Of a DNA stretch of 39,051 bases, positions 9,297 to 17,962 are shown piece by piece. The position numbers were made by a program, and so were the translations under genes. Below the pieces are notes generated by a model. That model made no database searches. It saw only the letters and a list, made by a program, of their open reading frames with translations, and was not told the DNA's origin. Positions within the stretch are counted from its first letter, which is position 1. Every line of letters begins with the position of its first letter. Location of the stretch: sequence record SRR20825010_6018. The stretch is one strand, 5' to 3'.

Positions 9297-11951
9297 CTAG
9301 AATGGATAACCGATTCCAAAATGGAGTTGCGGTGCGAACGGCAATGGTAACAATGACGGATACGTCGCTCCGAATTCGGCAAATCCTTCGTCATAGTACG
9401 GTTGTCTCGACTGAAAAATCCACTGTGCTCCTGTCGGTAACGCAGGGTTTCTAATCGGAATTCCCAAATCCACCCTGACAATAAAGAAATCAAAATCGAA
9501 ACGCAATCCGAACCCGGCAGCAACAGCAATTTGTTTGTACCAATCATTAGAAATTTGTCCACCAGGGCGATTAATGTCGTTTTGCATTAACCAAATATTC
9601 CCAGCATCAGTGAACAAAGCACCTTTAACCAAAGAATTGAAGGCAAAGCGATACTCCAATGAACCGCCAATACGAATGTCTCCAATTTGAGTTGCAGTTC
9701 TGTTGGTGTCCAAATAATACTTATACGACCCTGGACCTAGAGCACGCGCCTTCCATCCACGATTATCATTCGCTCCTCCAGCAAAAAAGCTATAATCATA
9801 CGGCATCGAAGTAGTACTGTTCCCGTAAGGCAAACCGCCTCCAAAATTGAAGTGTAAATTGAAGCTTCGTCCCTTCCCGACTGGCTCAGAAACGATCAAT
9901 TCATTGTCCAAACGCGCGAACTGCGAATACCCAACACCAAAAATGGTATGTTGTCCATTGTCCAACGTATCTTGATAATCTTTAAAAAGGGAAAGTAAAT
10001 TACCTGCAGGATCAAAGGACGAGTTGAAGTAAAGTCCCGTATTTCGCTTCTTAAGATCGCGTTCTTTGTTATTGTACTCGAAGGTAAACTTCCAATCTTG
10101 CCAAATAAATTGGTTACTGTACGCATTCCTTAGGAACAAGTCATTCAAATTATCTATGGCCTGCGCGAAACTCTCACTTTTGTCAATGCTTACAAATTTC
10201 ATTACCGACATCCCAGGAAGTCCAGCTTGGAAAATTTGAGTTTTCAGTACATAAAACTGCCACAAATAATTCATTTGAAATGTTCCGCGCTTGAACACAT
10301 CTCTACTTTGATAATTGTAAGCTACTGAAATCAGTGTTTTCGGGCGATGTCTTTTGGAAAGATTCGTCACTTTTGAAGGAAACAAACCAGGGATTTCTAG
10401 TTTTAAACTAGGACCAATTTCAAAGGTGTTAAAGCTTCGACTTGCAGTTTTAATTGCCTGACCATCCACTGTTTCATCAAAGATCGGTGGTTGAGATTCA
10501 AATCCTCCAGAAAACGAAAGTGTTAACTTTTCTCCACCGTGAAATAAATTTCTGTGGGTATAATTGAGTGATGCCGCAACTCCTAAAAATCCATTCGAGT
10601 TTGTTGCTTTCGGTTCGAGACCAAAGCTCTGAACTTTCGCAGGAACCAGGTAATAATGAACATCTACGAGACCTGTTCCTGGGATTTCAATCAGCTCTGT
10701 TTTAATTGTCTGAAAAAGACCAAGTTGCAGTAATCTGTTGTAGCTTCGCTCTAAGTACTTTTCCTTGTAATGATTCGTCTCTTCCAAATAGTTCTGTACT
10801 TCGAGCACGCCCGGACGCAGGAACAAATCACCATTATACGTAAATGTAGCACGTCGTTTCCCATCAAGTTTACCCGTTTCCTTATCGATAATTTCATTGT
10901 AGACAAGTGTATCCATCGTATTGATAAAAAGCCCATTAAACGGCTCCAATTGCATACTCTTCATCGTTTGTACAAAATTCCCCTCAAACTGGGTCGTATC
11001 CGAAATGTGGAAATACACCTTTCTTACGTTGGTTGATCTATGCTGGATGGAAATTAAAGAATCACGGTTGTTTTCTGAGCGAATCAAACGGTCTTGAAAA
11101 ATAATTTTCAACTTAACCGATAAATCAGCCCTATTTGTATCCGCTTCGTATCTGATGTGATTTGCTGAAAAACCATAAAATGTATCGTCTCTCAAGTACC
11201 TTGCAATTTCAGAGCGTAAATCATCTAGCTCGTCGGTGTCGAACGGTTGCCCAACAAAAGGATCCGTTTCCTTCTTTCTCAAAAAATTTGCAAAACTTCC
11301 CGCAATACTCGCATTTTGACAGTCAATAGATAAACTATCAATAATGTAACGTCCTCCTGAAACAATCAAATAGTTCGCTTTCGCTTTTTGATTCTTCTTG
11401 TATTTGATCTCACCCGTAACGTTACTGTAATAATATCCCTTATTTTTCAGGTAAGCGGAAAGCTGTTCGATAGACTTTTCGTAAGGAATGCTATCAAAAA
11501 TCACTGGCGCAGTGCCAACATTGTACTTGAGCCATTCTCTCAGAAATTTCCTTGGGTTAACAGTATCCTTCAGCGGAATTATTTTCTCTGTGTAGAGTCG
11601 GTCACCTTTTTCAATGGCTTTTTCAATTCGCTTTGAATTAATCCGCTCTTGTTTTTGAAGTCGCTTTTGATTTTCTGTCTGTAATTTTACATTCTCACGG
11701 ATCCGCTTCTCAGCTACCTTTGTTGAGTCTATCGCATTGAATACAAGCAACTTCCATTTAATCCCAAAACTCTTGCGATTCGGTTGTTGACGAATGATTT
11801 CAGCTAAATCGTCAGAATCCAACTTTTCACCCTCTTGCTTGATTACATTCTTTTTCAATAGATACCTTCCCTCTGGAACATGCTTCGTCTGTCGACAAGC
11901 GGTGAACAAGGTGGCAAAAATCAACAGAATATATGTATGTTTGAGATTCAA
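9297..11951 (-). CDS. tamL: Lipidated Omp85/BamA-TamA family protein (TamL)
   Basis: TTG at 11951 gives lipobox LFTAC; POTRA-like region; FFAGGANDNRGW, FTDAGNIW, GLRFDFDFFIVRVDLG, terminal GIGYPF. Confidence 0.9.
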   Translation of the reverse strand: MNLKHTYILLIFATLFTACRQTKHVPEGRYLLKKNVIKQEGEKLDSDDLAEIIRQQPNRKSFGIKWKLLVFNAIDSTKVAEKRIRENVKLQTENQKRLQKQERINSKRIEKAIEKGDRLYTEKIIPLKDTVNPRKFLREWLKYNVGTAPVIFDSIPYEKSIEQLSAYLKNKGYYYSNVTGEIKYKKNQKAKANYLIVSGGRYIIDSLSIDCQNASIAGSFANFLRKKETDPFVGQPFDTDELDDLRSEIARYLRDDTFYGFSANHIRYEADTNRADLSVKLKIIFQDRLIRSENNRDSLISIQHRSTNVRKVYFHISDTTQFEGNFVQTMKSMQLEPFNGLFINTMDTLVYNEIIDKETGKLDGKRRATFTYNGDLFLRPGVLEVQNYLEETNHYKEKYLERSYNRLLQLGLFQTIKTELIEIPGTGLVDVHYYLVPAKVQSFGLEPKATNSNGFLGVAASLNYTHRNLFHGGEKLTLSFSGGFESQPPIFDETVDGQAIKTASRSFNTFEIGPSLKLEIPGLFPSKVTNLSKRHRPKTLISVAYNYQSRDVFKRGTFQMNYLWQFYVLKTQIFQAGLPGMSVMKFVSIDKSESFAQAIDNLNDLFLRNAYSNQFIWQDWKFTFEYNNKERDLKKRNTGLYFNSSFDPAGNLLSLFKDYQDTLDNGQHTIFGVGYSQFARLDNELIVSEPVGKGRSFNLHFNFGGGLPYGNSTTSMPYDYSFFAGGANDNRGWKARALGPGSYKYYLDTNRTATQIGDIRIGGSLEYRFAFNSLVKGALFTDAGNIWLMQNDINRPGGQISNDWYKQIAVAAGFGLRFDFDFFIVRVDLGIPIRNPALPTGAQWIFQSRQPYYDEGFAEFGATYPSLLPLPFAPQLHFGIGYPF

Positions 11952-11972
11952 GTATTTTAATCTTAGATGCAA

Positions 11973-11980
11973 CAAAAATA
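11973..11980 (-). promoter_or_regulatory. Sigma70 -7 element for tamL
   Basis: TATTTTTG on minus strand, ~22 nt upstream of the proposed TTG. Confidence 0.55.
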
Positions 11981-11992
11981 ATAAAAGCAGGC

Positions 11993-12709
11993 ATGGAAAC
12001 CCTTTCAAAAATCAAGATAAAATGGATTCGTTCTTTGCGACAGAAAAAATCGCGCCAAAAAGAAGGTTTTTTTGTTGTGGAAGGGGAAAAAATGGTGCTT
12101 GAACTAATTGAATTATTTCCTGAGAAAATAAAATTTGTTTGTACGCTTAACGATTCATTTCCTGGCATTCAGTGTTATTTAACTGATGAGCGAGGTATGA
12201 AGGAAATCAGTACATTGCAAACTCCGAACAAATTGGTTGCTGTTGTGGAAATTTCTACGATTATTCCCACCAAAGAAGATGTGATTCTTGCACTCGACGG
12301 GGTTCAAGATCCTGGCAACATGGGAACTATTATTCGAACTGCGGACTGGTTTGGAATCCAACGTATTGTTTGCTCTAAAGAAACCGTCGACTGTTACAAT
12401 TCCAAAGTGATTCAAGCGAGCATGGGTTCTATCTTCAGAGTCGCGATTGAATATCTTGATTTGCCGAACTTTTTTCAATCGTCTACTCTACCCATCGTTG
12501 GTGCGGTGTTAGATGGTGAGAATATGTATTCTTCGAAGCTTCCTGAAAAGTGTATTCTACTCATGGGAAATGAAGGAAATGGTATTAGCCCCGAATTAAT
12601 CTCAACACTTACGCACAAGGTCCTGATTCCAAAACACGGGAACGCTGAATCCCTCAATGTTTCCATTGCCACTGGAATTATTCTTGCTGAGTTGAAGCGG
12701 AGCAAATAA
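11993..12709 (+). CDS. TrmH/SpoU family RNA methyltransferase
   Basis: FVVEGEK, LDGVQDPGNMGTIIRTADWFG, MGNEGNG, ESLNVSIATGI. Confidence 0.95.
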   Translation: METLSKIKIKWIRSLRQKKSRQKEGFFVVEGEKMVLELIELFPEKIKFVCTLNDSFPGIQCYLTDERGMKEISTLQTPNKLVAVVEISTIIPTKEDVILALDGVQDPGNMGTIIRTADWFGIQRIVCSKETVDCYNSKVIQASMGSIFRVAIEYLDLPNFFQSSTLPIVGAVLDGENMYSSKLPEKCILLMGNEGNGISPELISTLTHKVLIPKHGNAESLNVSIATGIILAELKRSK

Positions 12710-12765
12710 GTGCAACAACTTTCTTTTAAATTCAAAATCCCTTCAGTTAAACTGTGAGAAAGCAC

Positions 12766-12773
12766 TATTTTTG
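12766..12773 (+). promoter_or_regulatory. Sigma70 -7 element for the amidohydrolase
   Basis: TATTTTTG, 10 nt upstream of ATG. Confidence 0.5.
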
Positions 12774-12783
12774 AAAGAAAAAC

Positions 12784-14433
12784 ATGAAATTTTTCCTCTC
12801 AACTGCGCTTCTGCTTCTTTTATCGTTAAGTTCTTGCTTCAAAGGGATTTCCGTTGATCTTATTATTCACAATGCTAAGATTCACGTAATGGACGATAAG
12901 AACACTGTTTTTGAAGCCATTGCGATCAAAGATGGGAAAATTGTGGAAGTTGGAGCTGAGCGACAAATCTTAAACCGATACAGCGCAAAAGAGGTGATTG
13001 ATGCAGAAATGAAAGATGTTTATCCCGGTTTCACGGATGCTCACGCGCATATTCTTTCCTATGCGAAGCAGAAACTTGGTGTGAGTGTTGTCGGTTCGCG
13101 TTCTTACGCCGAAATGATCGTGAAAATTGAAAAATATCAAGGTAAAAACAAACGGAAATTTATTGTTGGGGGCGGCTGGGACCAGTCGATTTGGGGAGAT
13201 TCTGAGTTACCAAACAATGATCGATTGAGTGAAAAATTTCCTGACATTCCAGTCTGCTTATTCAGAATAGACGGTCATGCTTTACTTGCCAATGACTTTC
13301 TCTTAAAGCAAGCTGGATTATTGGATGACGGTGACAAAAAAGCGGACTATTCCTGCCAAGGAGGTTATTTTGTAATGGATTCTTCTGGGTTTACAGGTGT
13401 AGCCGTGGACAATGCCATGAACGACATTATCGCCTTAATTCCAAACTACGAAGAGAAGGAAATGCGCAAGGCTATTTTGGAAATTCAGTCGGAATTAATG
13501 AGCTACGGAATTACTGGTGTTCACGAAGCTGGCTTATTAAAAAATGAATTGGATTTGATGATTAAAATGGTTGAAGCTGATGAGTTAGATTTGAACATCT
13601 ACGGAATGCTACTTCCTACTGATGAAAACATTGCCTTTGCGCGAAAAAATGGAATCTATGAAAATCAGAATCTGCTTGTTCGGAGCTTTAAGGTGTATGG
13701 AGATGGCGCACTTGGAAGTCGTGGAGCCTTTCTGAAGCAAGCATACAGCGATCACCACGATCATAAAGGGTATTTAATTACCGAAATGGATGAAATTAAG
13801 CGCGTTGCTGGCATTTGTGAGGAACTTAACTATCAAATGAATACTCACGCCATTGGTGACTCGACAAATCGCCTACTTTTAGATGTTTATCAAGACATTT
13901 ACACACGAAAGCCCGATCATCGCTGGAGAATTGAACACGCGCAAGTCGTTGACCCAGCTGATTTCATTCTATTTGCAAAATCAGGAGCATTTCCAAGCGT
14001 ACAACCGACACATGCAGTAAGCGATCAGCGTTGGGCCGAGAATAGATTAGGAAAAGAACGAATGGAAGGTGCGTACGCCTATAATTCACTTCTGAAACAG
14101 TTTGGCGCGATTGCCATTGGCACCGACTTCCCTGTTGAATACCCAGATCCTTTCAGAACAATTCATGCGGCTGTGAATAGAAAGGATACCGAAAATGCTC
14201 CTTCTGGTGGCTTTTTAGCGAATGAAAGTATTACGTTGGAAGAATGTATCCGAGGAATGACGGCTTGGGCAGCACTTTCCGCGTTTCAGGAAGATCATTT
14301 GGGGACACTCGAAAAAGGGAAAGAAGCTACATTGGTGATCTTTGAGAAACCAATTGAAGCTTGGCCAGATTATCATCCAAACTATGCAAACACAACCATT
14401 ATAAAAGGAAAAAAGGTTCATTCCGTAGAATAA
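12784..14433 (+). CDS. Metal-dependent amidohydrolase (YtcJ-like, Amidohydro_3), lipoprotein
   Basis: Lipobox LSSC; PGFTDAHAH, KVYGDGALGSRGA, HAIGD, RIEHAQ, GTDFPVE. Confidence 0.93.
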   Translation: MKFFLSTALLLLLSLSSCFKGISVDLIIHNAKIHVMDDKNTVFEAIAIKDGKIVEVGAERQILNRYSAKEVIDAEMKDVYPGFTDAHAHILSYAKQKLGVSVVGSRSYAEMIVKIEKYQGKNKRKFIVGGGWDQSIWGDSELPNNDRLSEKFPDIPVCLFRIDGHALLANDFLLKQAGLLDDGDKKADYSCQGGYFVMDSSGFTGVAVDNAMNDIIALIPNYEEKEMRKAILEIQSELMSYGITGVHEAGLLKNELDLMIKMVEADELDLNIYGMLLPTDENIAFARKNGIYENQNLLVRSFKVYGDGALGSRGAFLKQAYSDHHDHKGYLITEMDEIKRVAGICEELNYQMNTHAIGDSTNRLLLDVYQDIYTRKPDHRWRIEHAQVVDPADFILFAKSGAFPSVQPTHAVSDQRWAENRLGKERMEGAYAYNSLLKQFGAIAIGTDFPVEYPDPFRTIHAAVNRKDTENAPSGGFLANESITLEECIRGMTAWAALSAFQEDHLGTLEKGKEATLVIFEKPIEAWPDYHPNYANTTIIKGKKVHSVE

Positions 14434-14496
14434 ACCTTTTCATGATCAGCGCCTGTCTGTATAACCAGAAAAAAGCAGCCCAGGCGAAGTTTTATA

Positions 14497-15456
14497 CTAA
14501 AATGAAGGACATGAAATTGTTCTAAATTTCAACGGTCTATCCTTACATGCTAAGTTAAATCCTAACGAGATTTCATGCGCTCCACCAGAAACACCGTTGT
14601 TCAGTTTTGACACGGTAACGTCATAACTATATCCAACTTTGAATTTTGGTGTGTTTAATCCAACTGTAAGAATAAATGCATCTCTATTTCTAAACCAAGC
14701 TCCAGCCGTGAATACGCCGTATTTTACATAGGTTCCAAGATTCAATTGTTGGAAACCATTTTGATAAGAGTAAATGATCGAAGGCATGATTACTGTTGAA
14801 TTCGAATATTTCGATTTTCCTCCTAAAGGAATGTACGCAGACATGTGTCCAGTAAATCGCATTGGTAATTTTGACTCACCAACGATAAGCGACTCATTCG
14901 GGCGATTTAAGTGGTTCGCTGCTACTCCAATATTAAAGTGCTCATTGAACACTACGGCACCCGCAGAAGCATCAAAAAAGCCTACAGATCCACCACGTGG
15001 AACGTCACCTGTTTGATAAATAAACCCTCTTCGTGGATCAATCATATCTCCAAAAGTCAATTTATCCCAATCCAAAAATTTCTGAACATAATTCGCTTTA
15101 GCACCGAAAAGTCCTGTCCATTTACGTCCTAGTCTCAAGTGATAAGAATAAATCAATCCCAATTGAGATGTATTTAATGTTTTCGCTTGTACATCGTGTA
15201 CGGCAAGCACTCCGATTCCTCCGGAAATATTCGTGAAATAATTGTCATATGCAGCGGCGTAAGACACATAAGACCCTGGCAACGTTGGCCATTGATTCCT
15301 GTAATTCATTGCAAATCTCGGACACTGATTTGTTCCGGCCAAGGCTGGATTCAAATAGATCGGATTTGAATAAAACTGTGTAAATTCTAAATCTTGCGCA
15401 AATGCCGAGACACTTCCAAAAAGACTTAAACCAACACATACTAACCATTTTTTCAT
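14497..15456 (-). CDS. T9SS membrane protein, PorP/SprF family
   Basis: Signal peptide then QDLEFTQFYSNPIYLNPALAG, NYRNQW, GYSYD, GAHEISLGF. Confidence 0.93.
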   Translation of the reverse strand: MKKWLVCVGLSLFGSVSAFAQDLEFTQFYSNPIYLNPALAGTNQCPRFAMNYRNQWPTLPGSYVSYAAAYDNYFTNISGGIGVLAVHDVQAKTLNTSQLGLIYSYHLRLGRKWTGLFGAKANYVQKFLDWDKLTFGDMIDPRRGFIYQTGDVPRGGSVGFFDASAGAVVFNEHFNIGVAANHLNRPNESLIVGESKLPMRFTGHMSAYIPLGGKSKYSNSTVIMPSIIYSYQNGFQQLNLGTYVKYGVFTAGAWFRNRDAFILTVGLNTPKFKVGYSYDVTVSKLNNGVSGGAHEISLGFNLACKDRPLKFRTISCPSF

Positions 15457-15470
15457 ATTAGTTCTTTTAA

Positions 15471-17270
15471 TTATCGCTGACCGAAGCGATTTTGTTTGGT
15501 CACAAATCGAAGAGAAACTTGATGCGATAAAGCTCTTTCTCCAGTCATTGCACTAGTGGTGTAATCTATATTGTAGTTTATGCTGAAAGTTTTTGATTTT
15601 ACTCCAATTGAAGCAGCGGGATCTAATTTGTCATTCACTGCCACTCCTGCTGTTATCCAATTCCATCGAACATTTGCGCCTCCCCAAAGTTCTGATAATT
15701 GATCATTTTTTTGATACACCATGTAAGGTGATAATCCCAATGTTTTTCGTTGATTCAACCAATCTGTTCCCGCGCTGGCAACAAATCCGCTGGCTACTCT
15801 TTGAGGATTCTTGATGTCGTAAGAGAAGATGTTGTTCGTATATCTGAAGATATTGTCAACTCGTGCACCAACAAAGAACCATTTTGTATTCACCAAAGCA
15901 CCAGCACCAAGATCCTTATACCATAAATTTCTTCCTATTGGCGCATTACCGTTTTCGTAATAACTCACTGCATTTCCTCTTTCCAATTCTACCATGTCAA
16001 CGTTATTCATTTGACTCGCCACTAAATGCTTATCTCCCATTTTGAAACGCACAGAAGGTTCAAAGGATACACTATTGGTTATTGAAATCTTCGGAGAATA
16101 GGTCATTGCGACCTGTCCGACGTGCACGCCACCATCCTTGTAGACTGAATGATCAAGTTGGATTCCCCATCCGCCTCTCATTCCATAAGAATATCCATCA
16201 ACAGAGATTTGATTTATGAATTGCTCATTTTCTTTTCCTAGCCATTGAGCTCTCGACAACGTTTGAACACGTGTTGCCAACAATGTTCCCGCAGAACTAA
16301 AATTAATATCATTGGCTGTCATCCCTGGCACATGATAGTGGGGATCGCGCGAATTTTTCAGTGCAACTGGGTTATCCATCATTCGTTGAATGCTTCTAGC
16401 AAAACGATTTAGCTTGGTTTTAAAGCTAGTTCGCTTAAGAGACGTAGAAGTTCCCGATTTCGTTGCAGAGAAATTCGAATGAGCATTATTTTTTGAATCA
16501 AAAAGGTATGGTTCCATCGTTCTTGGCTCTTGAACAAAGATTCCTTCGTTTCCTTTCAGGTCAAGTTCAAACCCATTCGACGCATCATTATCCCAAATTT
16601 TGGAAGAGATTGCTTTTTCTTGCTGACTATTTAGCAACTGATCAAATTTTGACATCATTTTTGAACTTGTCAGAAGATTTTCACTTCTAGCACTGCTATT
16701 TTCAATCAAACCCGTATTATTCGCAAATTGAACACTAGGAGTTTGGTGATTTTCTTCAATAGTTTCTGAACTCCATTCAGATGGCAAATAAGGTGCGCTA
16801 GACCCCCATCCTAAACTTGATTCAGCGGCTTCCAACTTACCGTAATGACCGCTATTTAAAGCTGATCCATTGGAAGAATAACCTTCATTGAGTTCAACAA
16901 TTCGTTGAATAATATCTTGCTCTTGTTGTTTCTTAGAATGCGCTTGAAATTCATTATTTGAATTAAAGAAGGAGAACATGCTTCCTGTTGTCATATAAGA
17001 ATAGGCAAAGAAACCAACGAAAATTGTCGCCAGAACAGCAGAGCTAGTGTAGATTCCTGCACCTCTTCTTTTCTTTTCTAGCATTTCAGTATTCGGGTAA
17101 AAGACTGGTGAAGCATCCACTTTCGCTACCTCCCACATGTCGCGTTCAATATCAAGCTCTGGGTGCTGCATAATAAACAGCTCCAATTGCTCAATCTGAT
17201 CTTCCGAAAGGTTTCCTTCCGCTAGCTCAAAAAGCCACAAGTCGATATTTGAAAACGAAGGTGTACTCAT
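15471..17270 (-). CDS. Putative anti-sigma factor fused to a C-terminal PorP/SprF-like beta-barrel
   Basis: N-terminal LWLFELAEGNLS...LELFIMQHPEL, KKRR then TM (aa ~72-93), polar linker, aa 308-599 colinear with the adjacent PorP; 4-bp overlap with the sigma gene. Confidence 0.8.
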   Translation of the reverse strand: MSTPSFSNIDLWLFELAEGNLSEDQIEQLELFIMQHPELDIERDMWEVAKVDASPVFYPNTEMLEKKRRGAGIYTSSAVLATIFVGFFAYSYMTTGSMFSFFNSNNEFQAHSKKQQEQDIIQRIVELNEGYSSNGSALNSGHYGKLEAAESSLGWGSSAPYLPSEWSSETIEENHQTPSVQFANNTGLIENSSARSENLLTSSKMMSKFDQLLNSQQEKAISSKIWDNDASNGFELDLKGNEGIFVQEPRTMEPYLFDSKNNAHSNFSATKSGTSTSLKRTSFKTKLNRFARSIQRMMDNPVALKNSRDPHYHVPGMTANDINFSSAGTLLATRVQTLSRAQWLGKENEQFINQISVDGYSYGMRGGWGIQLDHSVYKDGGVHVGQVAMTYSPKISITNSVSFEPSVRFKMGDKHLVASQMNNVDMVELERGNAVSYYENGNAPIGRNLWYKDLGAGALVNTKWFFVGARVDNIFRYTNNIFSYDIKNPQRVASGFVASAGTDWLNQRKTLGLSPYMVYQKNDQLSELWGGANVRWNWITAGVAVNDKLDPAASIGVKSKTFSINYNIDYTTSAMTGERALSHQVSLRFVTKQNRFGQR

Positions 17271-17767
17271 ACAAGCTCTATCATTCCTTTTAACTGCTTC
17301 TTAATTTTCTTTCTAGCTCGAAACAAATAAACTTTTACTTGCGAATCATTCAAATCCAAAATGGTTCCTATCTCTTTGTAAGAATATCCCTCAAGGTCTC
17401 TTAACAAAATGATAGTCTTTTGGATCGGAGGAAGAATACTCACGGCTCTGTCTACCACTTGGTTCGACTCAAAGGCATTCGCAGGAGCATTTCCTTTATC
17501 GAATGAACTTATCGAATCCGTTAGTTGAACTCTTCCTTTTCGCACAGAAAAATTAATCATCGCATTGTGCGCTGTGGTAAACATCCACGATTTAGCCTTT
17601 TCAGGATCCACGCTTGATTTGTTAATCCACAATCGCTCAAAAACATCTTGCACTATATCCTTTGCATCTTCCTCATTTCTCAGAAAACGGATAGCATAAC
17701 CGAATAAATTTCCGGAATGTTTCTTTACGACGATATTATAATCTTTCCTGTTCAAATTTTGTCTCAA
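17267..17767 (-). CDS. ECF RNA polymerase sigma factor (TTG start at 17767 or 17755)
   Basis: DAKDIVQDVFERLW, KSWMFTTAHN, LRDLEGYSYKEIG, VKVYLFRARKK. Confidence 0.95.
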   Translation of the reverse strand: MRQNLNRKDYNIVVKKHSGNLFGYAIRFLRNEEDAKDIVQDVFERLWINKSSVDPEKAKSWMFTTAHNAMINFSVRKGRVQLTDSISSFDKGNAPANAFESNQVVDRAVSILPPIQKTIILLRDLEGYSYKEIGTILDLNDSQVKVYLFRARKKIKKQLKGMIELV

Positions 17768-17778
17768 TCAGCAGTTAA

Positions 17779-17805
17779 AACAACTTCGTGCTTGATTTTG
17801 TTACA
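17779..17805 (-). promoter_or_regulatory. Candidate autoregulated ECF promoter
   Basis: Minus strand TGTAAC-N15-GTTGTT directly upstream of the sigma start; no TAnnTTTG nearby on that strand. Confidence 0.55.
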
Positions 17806-17962
17806 TTATGAAACTCGAAGAACCGCTTTTAATTACATATCACAAAATCGATTTACCATTCCCTATCTCAGGTCGAATAAAACATGTGTTCTATCGAATA
17901 TTTTTTAACGATAATTTCATACATTCGTAATACACGTTTACACAATTAACCAAGCGAAAACA

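Noticed and set aside
11952-12008. Longest-ORF start for tamL at 12008
   Set aside because: Overlaps the divergent methyltransferase start and its own promoter match; TTG at 11951 gives a proper lipoprotein signal.
14450-14486. CGCCTG...CAGGCG inverted repeat between convergent genes
   Set aside because: Short stem with a long loop; possibly a weak terminator, not supportable.
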